DNA of 64,000 nt from a virus. Lineage: Duplodnaviria; Caudoviricetes. The DNA lies in IMG/VR virus record IMGVR_UViG_3300020577_007133, positions 32,001 through 96,000 of that record; one strand, 5' to 3'. The first letter of the stretch is position 1, and every line of letters begins with the position of its first letter. Of this stretch, positions 9,044 to 19,557 are shown piece by piece. A program made the translations under genes and the position numbers. The notes under the pieces are model-generated. The model searched no databases, had not been told where the DNA came from, and was given only the letters and a program-made list of their open reading frames with translations.

Positions 9044-9992
9044 TAAGAAAAAATTAAAATTAGTTAAAGAAGGTATCAAAGCTTCTACTTTAAATAAAAT
9101 GTCTGATAAACAAGTCGACATTTTATTTAATCGATTATTGGAATCTAAGAAAGAAACTGACGAGGCTGTGACTCAAAATGTTCAAAAAACAACGTATAGT
9201 AATAGTGAGGCGAAAGGTAAAAGTTTTGCCGGAACGACTACTATTAATACGGATGGGTCTGTAACAGTTACCAAAGAAGGTGAAGTTAAAGAAGATGATG
9301 ATATTGATTTAGTCCAAGACCCGGACGCAAGTGCTGATGGTATGGGTATGTTTGAGGAAAAAGAAATTGACGAAAAATTTGAATCAAAAAAACAACAAAA
9401 ATATTTCTTCGCTAAATGTGGTGATGGAAAAACAACAGAACAAAAAAAATGGTGTAAAATGGCGGATGAATTCGCAAAAAAAACTAACTTTGCAAAACTT
9501 CCTGAAAAGAAAAAGAAAGAAACCAATGAAGGTTATAAAGATATGGTAGGTGGTGCGTTTAATAAAGTTATGAAAAGTAAACTTAATCAAATGGGTCCGA
9601 AACCAACTTTTGGGGAAAGCGAAATTGAAAAACAAATTTTAAGATTAGTGGAAAAACACATTACACCAAAGATGACGAAAAAAGAACTAGTTAATTTAAT
9701 TGAAGGTGATACTAAAACCGCACCTGCAAAACCAAAAGAAAAAGAAAGAGTAAAACCAAAACATCCTTTTAAACCTGACCCGGATAAGAAAGGGGCTCCA
9801 AAGGCTAAAAAAACTGAAATGGATGAGGACACTAAAACTGCACCGGTCAAACCTAAAGTTAAACCCGGTACAACTCCAAGACCTAAACACCCATTTCAAC
9901 CTAATCCGGATAAAAAAGGTGCTCCAAAAGCCCAAAAGAAAGAATTACCAAGTTTTTTAACATTTAACGCAATAGGTCTTAATAACAAATAA
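9033..9992 (+). CDS. Hypothetical protein with duplicated basic Pro/Lys repeat
   Basis: Two copies of DTKTAPxKPK...PKHPFxPxPDKKGAPKAxK near the C-terminus. Confidence 0.7.
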   Translation: MNTNKKKLKLVKEGIKASTLNKMSDKQVDILFNRLLESKKETDEAVTQNVQKTTYSNSEAKGKSFAGTTTINTDGSVTVTKEGEVKEDDDIDLVQDPDASADGMGMFEEKEIDEKFESKKQQKYFFAKCGDGKTTEQKKWCKMADEFAKKTNFAKLPEKKKKETNEGYKDMVGGAFNKVMKSKLNQMGPKPTFGESEIEKQILRLVEKHITPKMTKKELVNLIEGDTKTAPAKPKEKERVKPKHPFKPDPDKKGAPKAKKTEMDEDTKTAPVKPKVKPGTTPRPKHPFQPNPDKKGAPKAQKKELPSFLTFNAIGLNNK

Positions 9993-9993
9993 T

Positions 9994-11367
9994 ATGAGTG
10001 CAAATTTAAAAATGGATAACGTTTTAAAAGTCAAAAGTGACTTAGATAAAAAATTAATCAGTGAAGGATTGACCGAAAACGAAACTAAGATGTTAAATGA
10101 GATTAATCGTAGATTAAGTGAGGCACCTATTGATTATGAAGGACCTGAAAGAATGGAACCCGGGATTGAGAGACAAATAACTCAAAAACGAACACCATAT
10201 CACGAACATCCGGCATTACCAACTGATGGTGATAGAGATTATATTGAATTAATTTCTTCTCAACGATTTAAAGATTCTGTTGAGAAAGTTAGACAATTTT
10301 TAGGTGATACTAGACCAATCCAAGGTAATAACGCCTTTATGGGATTAATTTCTTCCATTATGGGTAGTTTAGGACAAATTGTTATGATTCAATCACAACA
10401 TAAAGAATATCTTGAAAATTTAGCCGTCGATTTAGTTAAAAAAGAATTAGGTATCCCTGAAGGTCAATTACAATTTGACGTTGAATTAGTTGGTGGAGGT
10501 ATGAGTGCCGCAGAAGGAATGCAAACACAACCTCAACAACCGGACGAAGAAGATGTTGAAGAAGCATTTAAGGAAGGTGAAGAACATCAGGAAGAGATGG
10601 AAGACTTTATGGATGCTATGGAAAAATTCAACTTAGAAAAAGCTAAGAGAAGAATGATTAATTCATTAGTTCAAGGTGCGGCTTTTAAAGGTGGGCATAT
10701 GTACGTATTAGTGAGTGATGAAATCAATAGATTAAATCCTCAATTATTAAACTTATATGGTGTTACCCAATCATTAATGGAACATTTATATTGGTTATAT
10801 CCTGATATGGAAGGAATGGCTGGTTCAGGTGGTGGTCAATTAGGACAATCAGAATCAGACCCTGAGACTGACCCACCAACAATTAAAGCAAAGGCGGTTA
10901 CTTTCCCATTATTAGTTCACGAAATTGTTAAAGGTATTTATTCTTTATATGGTGACCAAGGATTACCTAACGACCCGGTTCAAAGAAATATGGTTGTTAG
11001 TGCTGAGGATTCTTTACCATCGGAAATTTGGGATTCAAGGTTAGGTCCTATTTTTTGGGAGAAATTTAGAGACGCTTGGCCTGACAAATTATATGAAGAC
11101 GACCAAAGACATCTTCAACAATATTTATTTATGAGATTGTCTCAATTAGACGCGAGACAATTCCTAAACTTGGCTAACGCTATTTTAGCCGATAAACCAG
11201 AAGCAAAACAGGTAATTGATAGAATGGTTAATGAAATCGTCGATATTCTTAAAAAACACGAATACGAGACAAAAATGTATGACGATGAAAACGATGATGA
11301 TTATGGTGATGACGATGATGATTTTGACGATTTAGATGATATCGATTTGTCTTCATTAGGATTCTAA
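9994..11367 (+). CDS. Hypothetical protein directly upstream of the terminase
   Basis: 457 aa ORF with an acidic tail, in the same operon as the terminase. Confidence 0.7.
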   Translation: MSANLKMDNVLKVKSDLDKKLISEGLTENETKMLNEINRRLSEAPIDYEGPERMEPGIERQITQKRTPYHEHPALPTDGDRDYIELISSQRFKDSVEKVRQFLGDTRPIQGNNAFMGLISSIMGSLGQIVMIQSQHKEYLENLAVDLVKKELGIPEGQLQFDVELVGGGMSAAEGMQTQPQQPDEEDVEEAFKEGEEHQEEMEDFMDAMEKFNLEKAKRRMINSLVQGAAFKGGHMYVLVSDEINRLNPQLLNLYGVTQSLMEHLYWLYPDMEGMAGSGGGQLGQSESDPETDPPTIKAKAVTFPLLVHEIVKGIYSLYGDQGLPNDPVQRNMVVSAEDSLPSEIWDSRLGPIFWEKFRDAWPDKLYEDDQRHLQQYLFMRLSQLDARQFLNLANAILADKPEAKQVIDRMVNEIVDILKKHEYETKMYDDENDDDYGDDDDDFDDLDDIDLSSLGF

Positions 11368-11389
11368 AAAAATTACCGACAACGTATGT

Positions 11390-13159
11390 ATGTCGAATTT
11401 AACTAAAGAACAAGTATTAATTGAATACGTAAAATGTAATAGAGATACTGAATACGCATTAAGAACTTACTTAGAAACGTATGATAACACGGTAAAAAAA
11501 TATGTTCCATTAGAACTTTTTCCGGACCAAATTACTCTATTAGATGATTATGAAAACTACAATGAAAACATAGCATTAAAATACAGACAAGCCGGGGTAT
11601 CAACAGTTACCGCGGCTTGGATGTCTAAAAGACTGGTTTTCGCAAGAAAAGAAACTCCTGAAAAAATATTAATTATTGCGAATAAGTTGGATACCTCATT
11701 AGAGATGGCCAATAAAATTCGTTCATTTGTTGGTCAATGGCCATCTTGGACCGGTGTAGGTTTTGATAAAGCCAAAAATTCCCAAAAACATTATAAATTA
11801 ACAAATGGTTGTGAGGTTAAAGCCGTTGCGACATCTAAGGATGCGTTACGTGGTTTTACACCTACAATACTTGTATTTGATGAGGCCGCGTTTATCGAAG
11901 CAGACAGTGACTTTTGGTCTGCGTGTATGGCATCCCTATCTACAGGGGGTAAAGTAATTGTTGTTTCTACACCGAATGGTTATGACGCAATTTACTATGA
12001 GATATATGACCAAGCGTTACGTAATATGAATGATTTCAAAATTACGGAAATGTTTTGGTATAGAGACCCAAGATATACTAAAGATTTATTTTTTGTTAAA
12101 ACAGATAATATTATTCATTATTTATTAAATAAAGAAGAGTATGACCCTAATACGTTTATTGATTGGGGTGTTAAATCTTATGACTCGAGGAATTTTGATG
12201 AGGTCAAAATATTAATGGCTGACGGTTACAAACCTTGTTCTTCTTGGTTTGAGGCGATGGTTAAGAAATTAAAATACGATAAACGTAAAGTATCTCAGGA
12301 GTTAGAATGTAACTTCTTAGGTTCCGGGGATAACGTATTTGATTCATTAATGATGCAAGATATTCGTGAGAATATGATTTTGGAACCAATACAAAAACTT
12401 ATGGGTAATGCTCTTTGGATTTGGAAGGAACCGGTTGTTGGTCATAAATATATAATGGGTGTCGATGTTTCCCGCGGGGATTCTGAAGATTTTAGTTCGT
12501 TCCAAATTATAGATTTTGACGAAAGAGAACAAGTTGCGGAATACGTTGGTAAATTACCTCCTGATACTATGGCGGAAATTTGTTTTAAATGGGCTAAAAT
12601 ATATTCGGCATATGTTGTTATTGATATTACCGGAGGTATGGGTGTTGCAACATCAAGAAAATTACAAGAAATGAATTATAAGGATTTATATGTTGACGGT
12701 GTTGAATTAGGTAATCAATGGAAATATGACCCTAAGGCAGCAGAAAAAATCCCGGGAATTAACTTTAATAATAAACGTGTTCAAATCATCGCCTCGTTTG
12801 AGGAAGCGATGAGACACAAATTTAGAATTTATAGTTCTCGTTTATATAACGAGATGAATACATTTGTTTATATTAATGGTCGTCCTGACCACCAAAAAGG
12901 TCATCACGATGATATGATTATGTCTATTTCGATGGCAACATACGTGGGGGAATCATCCTTTGCTAAACTAACTAAAGTTACAGAACAAACTAAGGCTATG
13001 TTAGAGTCTTGGTCTGTTAGTAATAATGAAACGGTTAAAGAGCATATTCATTTTGACCCAGTAATTCCACATTATCAAGATAGAATTAACCAATTTAACG
13101 GACAACAACTTAGTCGAGAAGATTATCAAAGATATGGTTGGTTATTTGGTATGAGATAA
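11390..13159 (+). CDS. terL: Terminase large subunit (T4 gp17-like)
   Basis: Walker A KYRQAGVST, Walker B LVFDEAAF, coupling motif STPNG, QELECNFLGS, nuclease motifs MGVDVSRG and HDD. Confidence 0.93.
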   Translation: MSNLTKEQVLIEYVKCNRDTEYALRTYLETYDNTVKKYVPLELFPDQITLLDDYENYNENIALKYRQAGVSTVTAAWMSKRLVFARKETPEKILIIANKLDTSLEMANKIRSFVGQWPSWTGVGFDKAKNSQKHYKLTNGCEVKAVATSKDALRGFTPTILVFDEAAFIEADSDFWSACMASLSTGGKVIVVSTPNGYDAIYYEIYDQALRNMNDFKITEMFWYRDPRYTKDLFFVKTDNIIHYLLNKEEYDPNTFIDWGVKSYDSRNFDEVKILMADGYKPCSSWFEAMVKKLKYDKRKVSQELECNFLGSGDNVFDSLMMQDIRENMILEPIQKLMGNALWIWKEPVVGHKYIMGVDVSRGDSEDFSSFQIIDFDEREQVAEYVGKLPPDTMAEICFKWAKIYSAYVVIDITGGMGVATSRKLQEMNYKDLYVDGVELGNQWKYDPKAAEKIPGINFNNKRVQIIASFEEAMRHKFRIYSSRLYNEMNTFVYINGRPDHQKGHHDDMIMSISMATYVGESSFAKLTKVTEQTKAMLESWSVSNNETVKEHIHFDPVIPHYQDRINQFNGQQLSREDYQRYGWLFGMR

Positions 13160-13179
13160 TATTTATCTAAAAAGAATAA

Positions 13180-14961
13180 ATGGGATTTAGTGATAGAAAA
13201 CGAAGTATTGATGTTTCCGTTAACATTAACTTAGATTTAAACCAAGAAATAAAACCTAATCAATTTTTAGTTGATAACAACATTAAAAGTGGGGATTTTG
13301 TTACTCGAAAAAAATCAGGTAATATTTTAGCGGGGTCTAAACTTAATGTTGAAGGTCAAGGAATTTATAATGTTAAAGTAATAAAAGGTCTTACTAAGGT
13401 ATTACCTAAACCAATTGAGGTAAATGGGGGGATTCCTCCAACACCAACATTAACTCCAACACCATCTGTAACCCCAACATTAACACCAACACCAACAATA
13501 ACTCCTACTTCAAGTTGTAATTGTACTTATCTTGATGTTACTATTACAGAAAGTGATTTAATATTATCGGTGGGTAATACTGACTTATCACTAAATAATG
13601 CGGTTTTTGTTAAATACCGAAACTGTGGTACAAATACAGTTATAACTAAAAAATACACTTCGGAAGGGACATTCCTTAATGATATTTGTGCGGTTTCAAG
13701 TACTACACCTGGAACTTCTTATTATGCAAATAATTCTCAAGAATTTGGTAGCAGTACCGCGAATAATAATGGTATATGTTGTGTACCTCCAACACCTACA
13801 CCAACCCCAACACCTTCAATAACACCAACAAATACAATAACTCCGACAACAACCCCAACCACAACTCCAACTCCAACACCAACTCCAATATTCCAATTTA
13901 CTAGTCAAAACTTATCGGGTATTGGTGGTCCTAATTATTTTTATTTAACAGACCAAGTAGACAATACTACTTCGTCCTACTTATATGGATTCTTTACCGG
14001 TTACACTTATAATAACACATCTGTGAATTACATAATTAAATTAAATCAAGATTTAACTGTTGATTATAGTTTTACAGGTGGTACTCAATTTAATATTAGT
14101 CCTTGGCCGTTCTTATATAATTCATTGACACAACAACCTGATGGAAAATTAATTGCAACAGGTACTTTTACTCAGTATAGTGGCGTATCCAGAAATAGAA
14201 TTATTAGATTAAATACTGATGGGTCAATTGATAATACATTTAATATTGGTACAGGATTTAATAGTATTACAGAAGGAACGGCAATAGATTCGTTAGGTCG
14301 AATAGTTGTTGTTGGTTTCTTTAGTTCGTATAGTGGAACTTCAAGTTCAAGAATTGCAAGATTAAATAGTAATGGTTCTTATGATTCAACATTTGTAGTT
14401 GGTACAGGATTAGATAATACCGGAGTTGAAGTTTTAATGAATTCAGATGATTCTATGTTTATATCAGGATACTTTAGTTCTTATAATGGAACGTCAACTC
14501 CGAACCATATCACAAAATTATTATCTAATGGTACTATTGACACATCTTTTAGTGGTGGAACAGGTTTTAATACAATTATTTATCAACCAAATGGATTAAT
14601 GAGAATATCCGGGGAAACGTCGTTCTACGCCTTTGGATTCTTTACAACATATAGTGGAGTGTCGGCAAATAGAATTATTAAATTAAATATAAATGGTACT
14701 ATTGACAACACATTTAATAGTGGTACCGGATTTGATAATGTAGTTTCTTTTGGTAGTGTTATATGGGTAAATAAATTATTATTTAATGGTGCGTTCACTT
14801 CATATAACGGGGTATCTTCTAATGGTACTATTATTCTTAATTCTGATGGAACAATATACCAAACATTTACAACTTCATATACGTCAGTATTTACAATTGG
14901 TAGTAAATTATATGGACAACCATTAAATCAACCAATTGAATTACTAACAACATACCCTTAA
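13180..14961 (+). CDS. Putative virion decoration protein: N-terminal peptide, Pro-Thr linkers and delta-60-type beta-propeller repeats
   Basis: PTPTPT tracts; repeated G.FTxYSG.S.NRIIRLN.DGSIDNTFN.GTGF units; TATTTAT at 13160. Confidence 0.7.
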   Translation: MGFSDRKRSIDVSVNINLDLNQEIKPNQFLVDNNIKSGDFVTRKKSGNILAGSKLNVEGQGIYNVKVIKGLTKVLPKPIEVNGGIPPTPTLTPTPSVTPTLTPTPTITPTSSCNCTYLDVTITESDLILSVGNTDLSLNNAVFVKYRNCGTNTVITKKYTSEGTFLNDICAVSSTTPGTSYYANNSQEFGSSTANNNGICCVPPTPTPTPTPSITPTNTITPTTTPTTTPTPTPTPIFQFTSQNLSGIGGPNYFYLTDQVDNTTSSYLYGFFTGYTYNNTSVNYIIKLNQDLTVDYSFTGGTQFNISPWPFLYNSLTQQPDGKLIATGTFTQYSGVSRNRIIRLNTDGSIDNTFNIGTGFNSITEGTAIDSLGRIVVVGFFSSYSGTSSSRIARLNSNGSYDSTFVVGTGLDNTGVEVLMNSDDSMFISGYFSSYNGTSTPNHITKLLSNGTIDTSFSGGTGFNTIIYQPNGLMRISGETSFYAFGFFTTYSGVSANRIIKLNINGTIDNTFNSGTGFDNVVSFGSVIWVNKLLFNGAFTSYNGVSSNGTIILNSDGTIYQTFTTSYTSVFTIGSKLYGQPLNQPIELLTTYP

Positions 14962-15010
14962 CATATTATACAACTATTTATATAGGAAAAAAAATATTTA
15001 AATTTAAATT

Positions 15011-16927
15011 ATGGAAAATAATCAAAATACAGATTTAACAGTTTGGCAGAGGTTATCTAGAGCCTTTGGTCCAAATTCGTTATTAAATCAAGATTACCCA
15101 ACATATTCATTAGATAAAAAGGAGTTATTAAAAACAACTTCTAAAGCCGAATATGAAAGGGAAAAATTACAAGCACAACAAACTTATTACTTAGCCAACC
15201 AATGGACTAAAATTGAGAGTAATCTGTATACTCAAGCGGTTTATTATGAGCCAACACGTTTAGCGTCATTTTATGATTATGAATCTATGGAGTATACTCC
15301 GGAAATTTCCGCAGCTTTAGACATTTATGGTGAAGAATCTACCACAGTAGATGAAACCGGTCATATGTTACGTATTTATTCCGAGTCAAAAAGGGTTAAA
15401 TCAATCTTGGATGATTTGTTTAATAATGTTTTAGATATTAATACAAATTTAACTATGTGGACAAGAAATACTTGTAAATATGGTGATAATTTTGTATATC
15501 TTAAATTAGATTCTGATAAAGGTGTTATTGGATGTATGCAATTACCTAACATAGAAATCGAACGTTTGGAACGAGGTATGGCTGCGAAATCAGCAAATAT
15601 TGAGGAACCTATTGAAAACAAAGGTCTCCGTTTCAAATGGAAGGCTAAAGATATGGAATTTAACTCTTGGGAAATCGCCCACTTTAGATTATTAGGTGAT
15701 GATAGAAAACTCCCTTATGGTACTTCTATGTTGGAAAAAGCGAGACGTATTTGGAAGCAATTATTATTATCTGAGGATGCAATGTTAATTTATAGAACAT
15801 CAAGGGCACCGGAGAGACGTGTATTCAAGGTATTCGTTGGTAATATGGATGATAAGGATGTTGAAGCTTACGTACAACGTGTGGCTAACAAATTTAAACG
15901 AGACCAAGTTGTAGATGCTAAGACAGGTAATGTTGATATGAGATTTAATCAGATGGCTGTTGACCAAGATTATTTTATCCCGGTACGTGACCCGGCACAA
16001 ACAATGCCGATTGAAACTTTACAAGGAGCTCAAAACTTATCAGAAATTGCTGATATCGAATATATCCAAAAGAAATTACTTACAGCACTCCGTGTTCCAA
16101 AATCATTCTTAGGGTTTGAAGAAACTGTTGGTGATGGTAAAAATTTATCTTTACAGGATATTCGTTTTGCAAGAACGATTAATAAAATACAAAAATCTAT
16201 GGTTGCCGAATTAAATAAAATCGCAATTATACATTTATTTTTATTAGGTTTTGAAGATGAGTTATCAAACTTTACTTTAACATTAATCAACCCATCAACA
16301 CAAGCGGATTTATTGAAAGTTGAGGTATGGAAAGAAAAAATTAATTTGTATCAACAAGCGGTTGCTGCAATTGATGGTATTGCACCTGTGTCAGTTTCTT
16401 GGGCTAAGAAAAATATTTTAGGTTTCTCCGACGAAGAAATTAAACTAGATTTACAACAACAACGTATTGAAAAAGCGGTTGGTGCTGAATTAACAAACAC
16501 TGCGACAATTATTACTCATACCGGTATTTTTGATAATATCGATAAATTATATGGTAACCCATCAGGGTCAACAAGTGGAGGTGGTGTAGAACCATCATCA
16601 CCGGCACCACCGGGAGGTGGAGGAGGTTTTGGAGGTGGAGACTTCGGAGGAGGTCCTGAACCTGATTTAGGTGGTGAATTAGGTGGTACACCTGAAACAC
16701 CAGGAGGTACACCTGAAACACCGGAAGGTGCTCCTGAAACACCGGGGGCAGAAACACCACCGGAAGGAGAAGAAGAATTAACTCCGGAATCATTTAATAG
16801 AGATAACCTTAAAATCTTATTAGAAAATGATAGTCTGATTGAAGAATCCTCTTATATTGATTTATCCAAGGGTAAAAATTCTTTAGGTGAAATTGAGTCT
16901 CAATTAGGAAAACTTCTAAAAGATTGA
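15011..16927 (+). CDS. Portal protein (T4 gp20-like)
   Basis: LLSEDAMLIYRTSRAPERRVFKV, DYFIP and TLQGAQNL motifs typical of gp20; Gly/Pro/Glu-rich tail with GGTPETP repeats. Confidence 0.92.
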   Translation: MENNQNTDLTVWQRLSRAFGPNSLLNQDYPTYSLDKKELLKTTSKAEYEREKLQAQQTYYLANQWTKIESNLYTQAVYYEPTRLASFYDYESMEYTPEISAALDIYGEESTTVDETGHMLRIYSESKRVKSILDDLFNNVLDINTNLTMWTRNTCKYGDNFVYLKLDSDKGVIGCMQLPNIEIERLERGMAAKSANIEEPIENKGLRFKWKAKDMEFNSWEIAHFRLLGDDRKLPYGTSMLEKARRIWKQLLLSEDAMLIYRTSRAPERRVFKVFVGNMDDKDVEAYVQRVANKFKRDQVVDAKTGNVDMRFNQMAVDQDYFIPVRDPAQTMPIETLQGAQNLSEIADIEYIQKKLLTALRVPKSFLGFEETVGDGKNLSLQDIRFARTINKIQKSMVAELNKIAIIHLFLLGFEDELSNFTLTLINPSTQADLLKVEVWKEKINLYQQAVAAIDGIAPVSVSWAKKNILGFSDEEIKLDLQQQRIEKAVGAELTNTATIITHTGIFDNIDKLYGNPSGSTSGGGVEPSSPAPPGGGGGFGGGDFGGGPEPDLGGELGGTPETPGGTPETPEGAPETPGAETPPEGEEELTPESFNRDNLKILLENDSLIEESSYIDLSKGKNSLGEIESQLGKLLKD

Positions 16928-16948
16928 TATTTATAATAAAAACATATT

Positions 16949-17665
16949 ATGAAATTCGGAATATTAAAATCAAAAATAGAGAACGTATTATTAGAATCAT
17001 ACGCCAACGATACATTTAAAGATGAAATTAAAAATTTCAAAAAATTAGTTTTGGAGAATAAAAATGTAAGTAAATTATTTTACTTGTATGATGAATTAAA
17101 TTCCCCAAAATCATTAAGTGAGTCGTATGCAAGAGAATACATCAATGAATGTATTAAGATGTATGAGAACACAATTAATAAAGTAAAACCTTCAGATTTA
17201 GATAAAATTAAATCTTGGGTTGGTAATAAACAGGTAGAAAATCTTTATGAAAATATTGATACATTATTTTCTACGGATGTATTAACGATTGAATCAAAAA
17301 TTAAAAGTCGTAATATTATTGTTGAGTCATTAAAAAAATTACCGGTTAAAGAAACTACGGGTATTGAATTACCATTAAGTACTATGGTAAGTGTTGCTAA
17401 TAAAACTATTAAATCTTATATCGAAACTCTTAATGAGTCAGAAAGAGAAGAGTTAAAAAAATTATTAAGTGAAGATGATTCAAAATTAAGTTCAGAATTT
17501 GAGGTTATCAAAGAAGACGTGGTTTCAAAATTAACAGAAATGAAAAATGCTAGCACTGATACCACAATGCAAAATAGAATAGATGAAACTTTAACTAAAG
17601 TATTATCTGAAAAATATGACAAATTAACTTATTTCAAACTTAAAGGACTAAAAGAAAATCTTTAA
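16949..17665 (+). CDS. Hypothetical head-module protein
   Basis: 238 aa helical ORF after the portal; TATTTAT at 16928. Confidence 0.7.
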   Translation: MKFGILKSKIENVLLESYANDTFKDEIKNFKKLVLENKNVSKLFYLYDELNSPKSLSESYAREYINECIKMYENTINKVKPSDLDKIKSWVGNKQVENLYENIDTLFSTDVLTIESKIKSRNIIVESLKKLPVKETTGIELPLSTMVSVANKTIKSYIETLNESEREELKKLLSEDDSKLSSEFEVIKEDVVSKLTEMKNASTDTTMQNRIDETLTKVLSEKYDKLTYFKLKGLKENL

Positions 17666-17856
17666 TTATTGTTTGATTTAAATTTTTTCTGAACATATTT
17701 AGCTTTATTAAGACCGTCACGTTTAATTACTGACGGTTTTTTAAATTCTTTTCTTTTTGCTAATTCAGAACTCTGTCTTGTTTTGATTACTTTACTTTTG
17801 TAAATTTTCAAAGCTTTCTCAATTGTTATATTATTTTCTAATTTAACTATAATCAT
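17662..17856 (-). CDS. rpsU: Phage-encoded ribosomal protein bS21
   Basis: 64 aa basic protein with IEKALKIYKSKV...ELAKRKEFKKPSVIKR...KAKY; Bacteroidota-like; lies on the opposite strand inside the head module. Confidence 0.88.
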   Translation of the reverse strand: MIIVKLENNITIEKALKIYKSKVIKTRQSSELAKRKEFKKPSVIKRDGLNKAKYVQKKFKSNNN

Positions 17857-17953
17857 ATACTACATATATCACAAAATTCGGTAAAATTTGACTCCGGGGG
17901 TAAAAATACTTATTTTTTTATTATAATCAATAAACATTATAATATGAAAAAGA

Positions 17954-18412
17954 ATGAAGAAGGGGAAAACCTCTCAACTAAAGGGTTTTAAAACCGCAAA
18001 AGTGTTATACGGAACAGTAGATTCGGTAACATTAAAATCACTTTACTTAAATATTCAAACTTGGGTGGAGCCAATAATTGAGTGTGAAAATTGGAACAGA
18101 ATTGTTCTTAATATGAGTAGAAATGTAAAACACTCAGTCTATAAGACGATAAACAAAAAAATCTTCGACGAAAAATTTATAGTTGATTTAGACCTACGGT
18201 CAAGTGGTTTAAACGTTGATAAAAAATCATTTATGAATCTTGAAATTAATTTTTATCTAATCGATAATACTATAGATTTTAAATCCCTAACAATTAAAGA
18301 AACGTTAAATGATATTACAAATCAAATTTTTATGGATAACTTTTTGAACAATGAAATATTCAAATTTTATCTAACAAAAAAAGATAAATTGTTACAAAGT
18401 GATAATGTTTAA
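17954..18412 (+). CDS. Hypothetical protein
   Basis: 152 aa ORF divergent from bS21. Confidence 0.7.
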   Translation: MKKGKTSQLKGFKTAKVLYGTVDSVTLKSLYLNIQTWVEPIIECENWNRIVLNMSRNVKHSVYKTINKKIFDEKFIVDLDLRSSGLNVDKKSFMNLEINFYLIDNTIDFKSLTIKETLNDITNQIFMDNFLNNEIFKFYLTKKDKLLQSDNV

Positions 18413-18435
18413 TATTTATTATTAAAACATTGAAT

Positions 18436-19161
18436 ATGAATTTAAAAATATTACAACCAAATGAATCAGGAAGAGGTATTCTTATCGAATATGATGCGGG
18501 TTATATTTCACCAACAGAAACAAGAAATATTGAAATAATCCGTGAATCTAGAGAAATGTTAGACCATTCAAAACCATTTGAGTTTTATGCTGTATTACAA
18601 AAATATAATACACCAAATAGAAATGGTCGTGTTTATCCTGAAAAAATATTAAAAAGAGAAGCAGAAAATTATAAAAAGATGATTAATAAGGGAATTGCTC
18701 TTTCAGAGTTAAATCACCCTGAATCATCTTTAATTGACTTGGATAGAGTTTCTCACGCTATCACAGATGTTTGGTGGGAGGGTAATGTGTTAATGGGTAA
18801 AATTAAATTACTTACCTCTCCGGGATTTCACGAAAGTGGGATTTGTTCTACTAAAGGTGATTTGGCCGCGAACTATCTAAGACAAGGTGTAACTTTAGGT
18901 ATATCATCAAGAGGTGTTGGGTCATTAAAAAAAGTAGGAGAACAAAACGAAGTTCAGGATGATTTTGAACTAATTTGTTTTGACTTAGTATCTTCACCTT
19001 CAACTCCGGGGGCTTATTTATTTTTAAATAAAGAAGACAAACATCTTTATGATGAAAATCTTGAAGAAGAGAAAAAAATGAGTGTTGAAAGACACGTTGG
19101 GGATTCTGGTAATAAATCTCTTGACTTAATGAAAAAATTAAACGATTATTTAGGGTATTAA
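18436..19161 (+). CDS. Prohead core protease (T4 gp21-like)
   Basis: NRNGRVYP, ELNHP, GISSRG and FDLVSSPS motifs; TATTTAT at 18413. Confidence 0.92.
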   Translation: MNLKILQPNESGRGILIEYDAGYISPTETRNIEIIRESREMLDHSKPFEFYAVLQKYNTPNRNGRVYPEKILKREAENYKKMINKGIALSELNHPESSLIDLDRVSHAITDVWWEGNVLMGKIKLLTSPGFHESGICSTKGDLAANYLRQGVTLGISSRGVGSLKKVGEQNEVQDDFELICFDLVSSPSTPGAYLFLNKEDKHLYDENLEEEKKMSVERHVGDSGNKSLDLMKKLNDYLGY

Positions 19162-19178
19162 ACTAAATAGAAAAAAAT

Positions 19179-19388
19179 ATGGACGAAAAGTATTTCATTG
19201 CAAAAATTGCGTTAGAGACCGTGGATAATGAATCCGGTAAAGTAAAAATTAAAAGAGAAGAAAAATTAGTGAGTGGGTACAACCCTACAGATGTGGAGGC
19301 AAAAGTTACTAAAGTTTTTGAAAACTACACAATGGATTGGAGAATCACTGCAATTGTTGAAAGTAAAATTGATGAAGTGATAGAGTAA
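19179..19388 (+). CDS. Small hypothetical protein
   Basis: 69 aa ORF with an A-rich leader, followed by a terminator. Confidence 0.65.
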   Translation: MDEKYFIAKIALETVDNESGKVKIKREEKLVSGYNPTDVEAKVTKVFENYTMDWRITAIVESKIDEVIE

Positions 19389-19410
19389 TAATTTTATTCA
19401 ATAATTTAAT

Positions 19411-19437
19411 AAAGAGGACATATCGTCCTCTTTTTTT
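19411..19437 (+). terminator. Intrinsic terminator
   Basis: AAAGAGGAC-ATATC-GTCCTCTTT-TTTT. Confidence 0.85.
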
Positions 19438-19525
19438 ATGCTTTTTAATTTTTTGATAATATTTATAGAAATATAAAAACCTGTTATGAATTTAGTAAAA
19501 ATTGAACTTTTTTCATAATGGGAGA

Positions 19526-19532
19526 TATTTAT
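19526..19532 (+). promoter_or_regulatory. Phage late-promoter motif TATTTAT (representative copy, before scaffold/capsid)
   Basis: The same heptamer lies 4-32 nt upstream of about 17 late-type start codons in the window, on either strand. Confidence 0.75.
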
Positions 19533-19557
19533 ATATTAAAATAACATTAAAACAAAA

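Noticed and set aside
9994-11367. Metallopeptidase (LVHEIVKG) or small terminase
   Set aside because: The second His of HExxH is missing and there is no positive evidence for TerS; left as hypothetical
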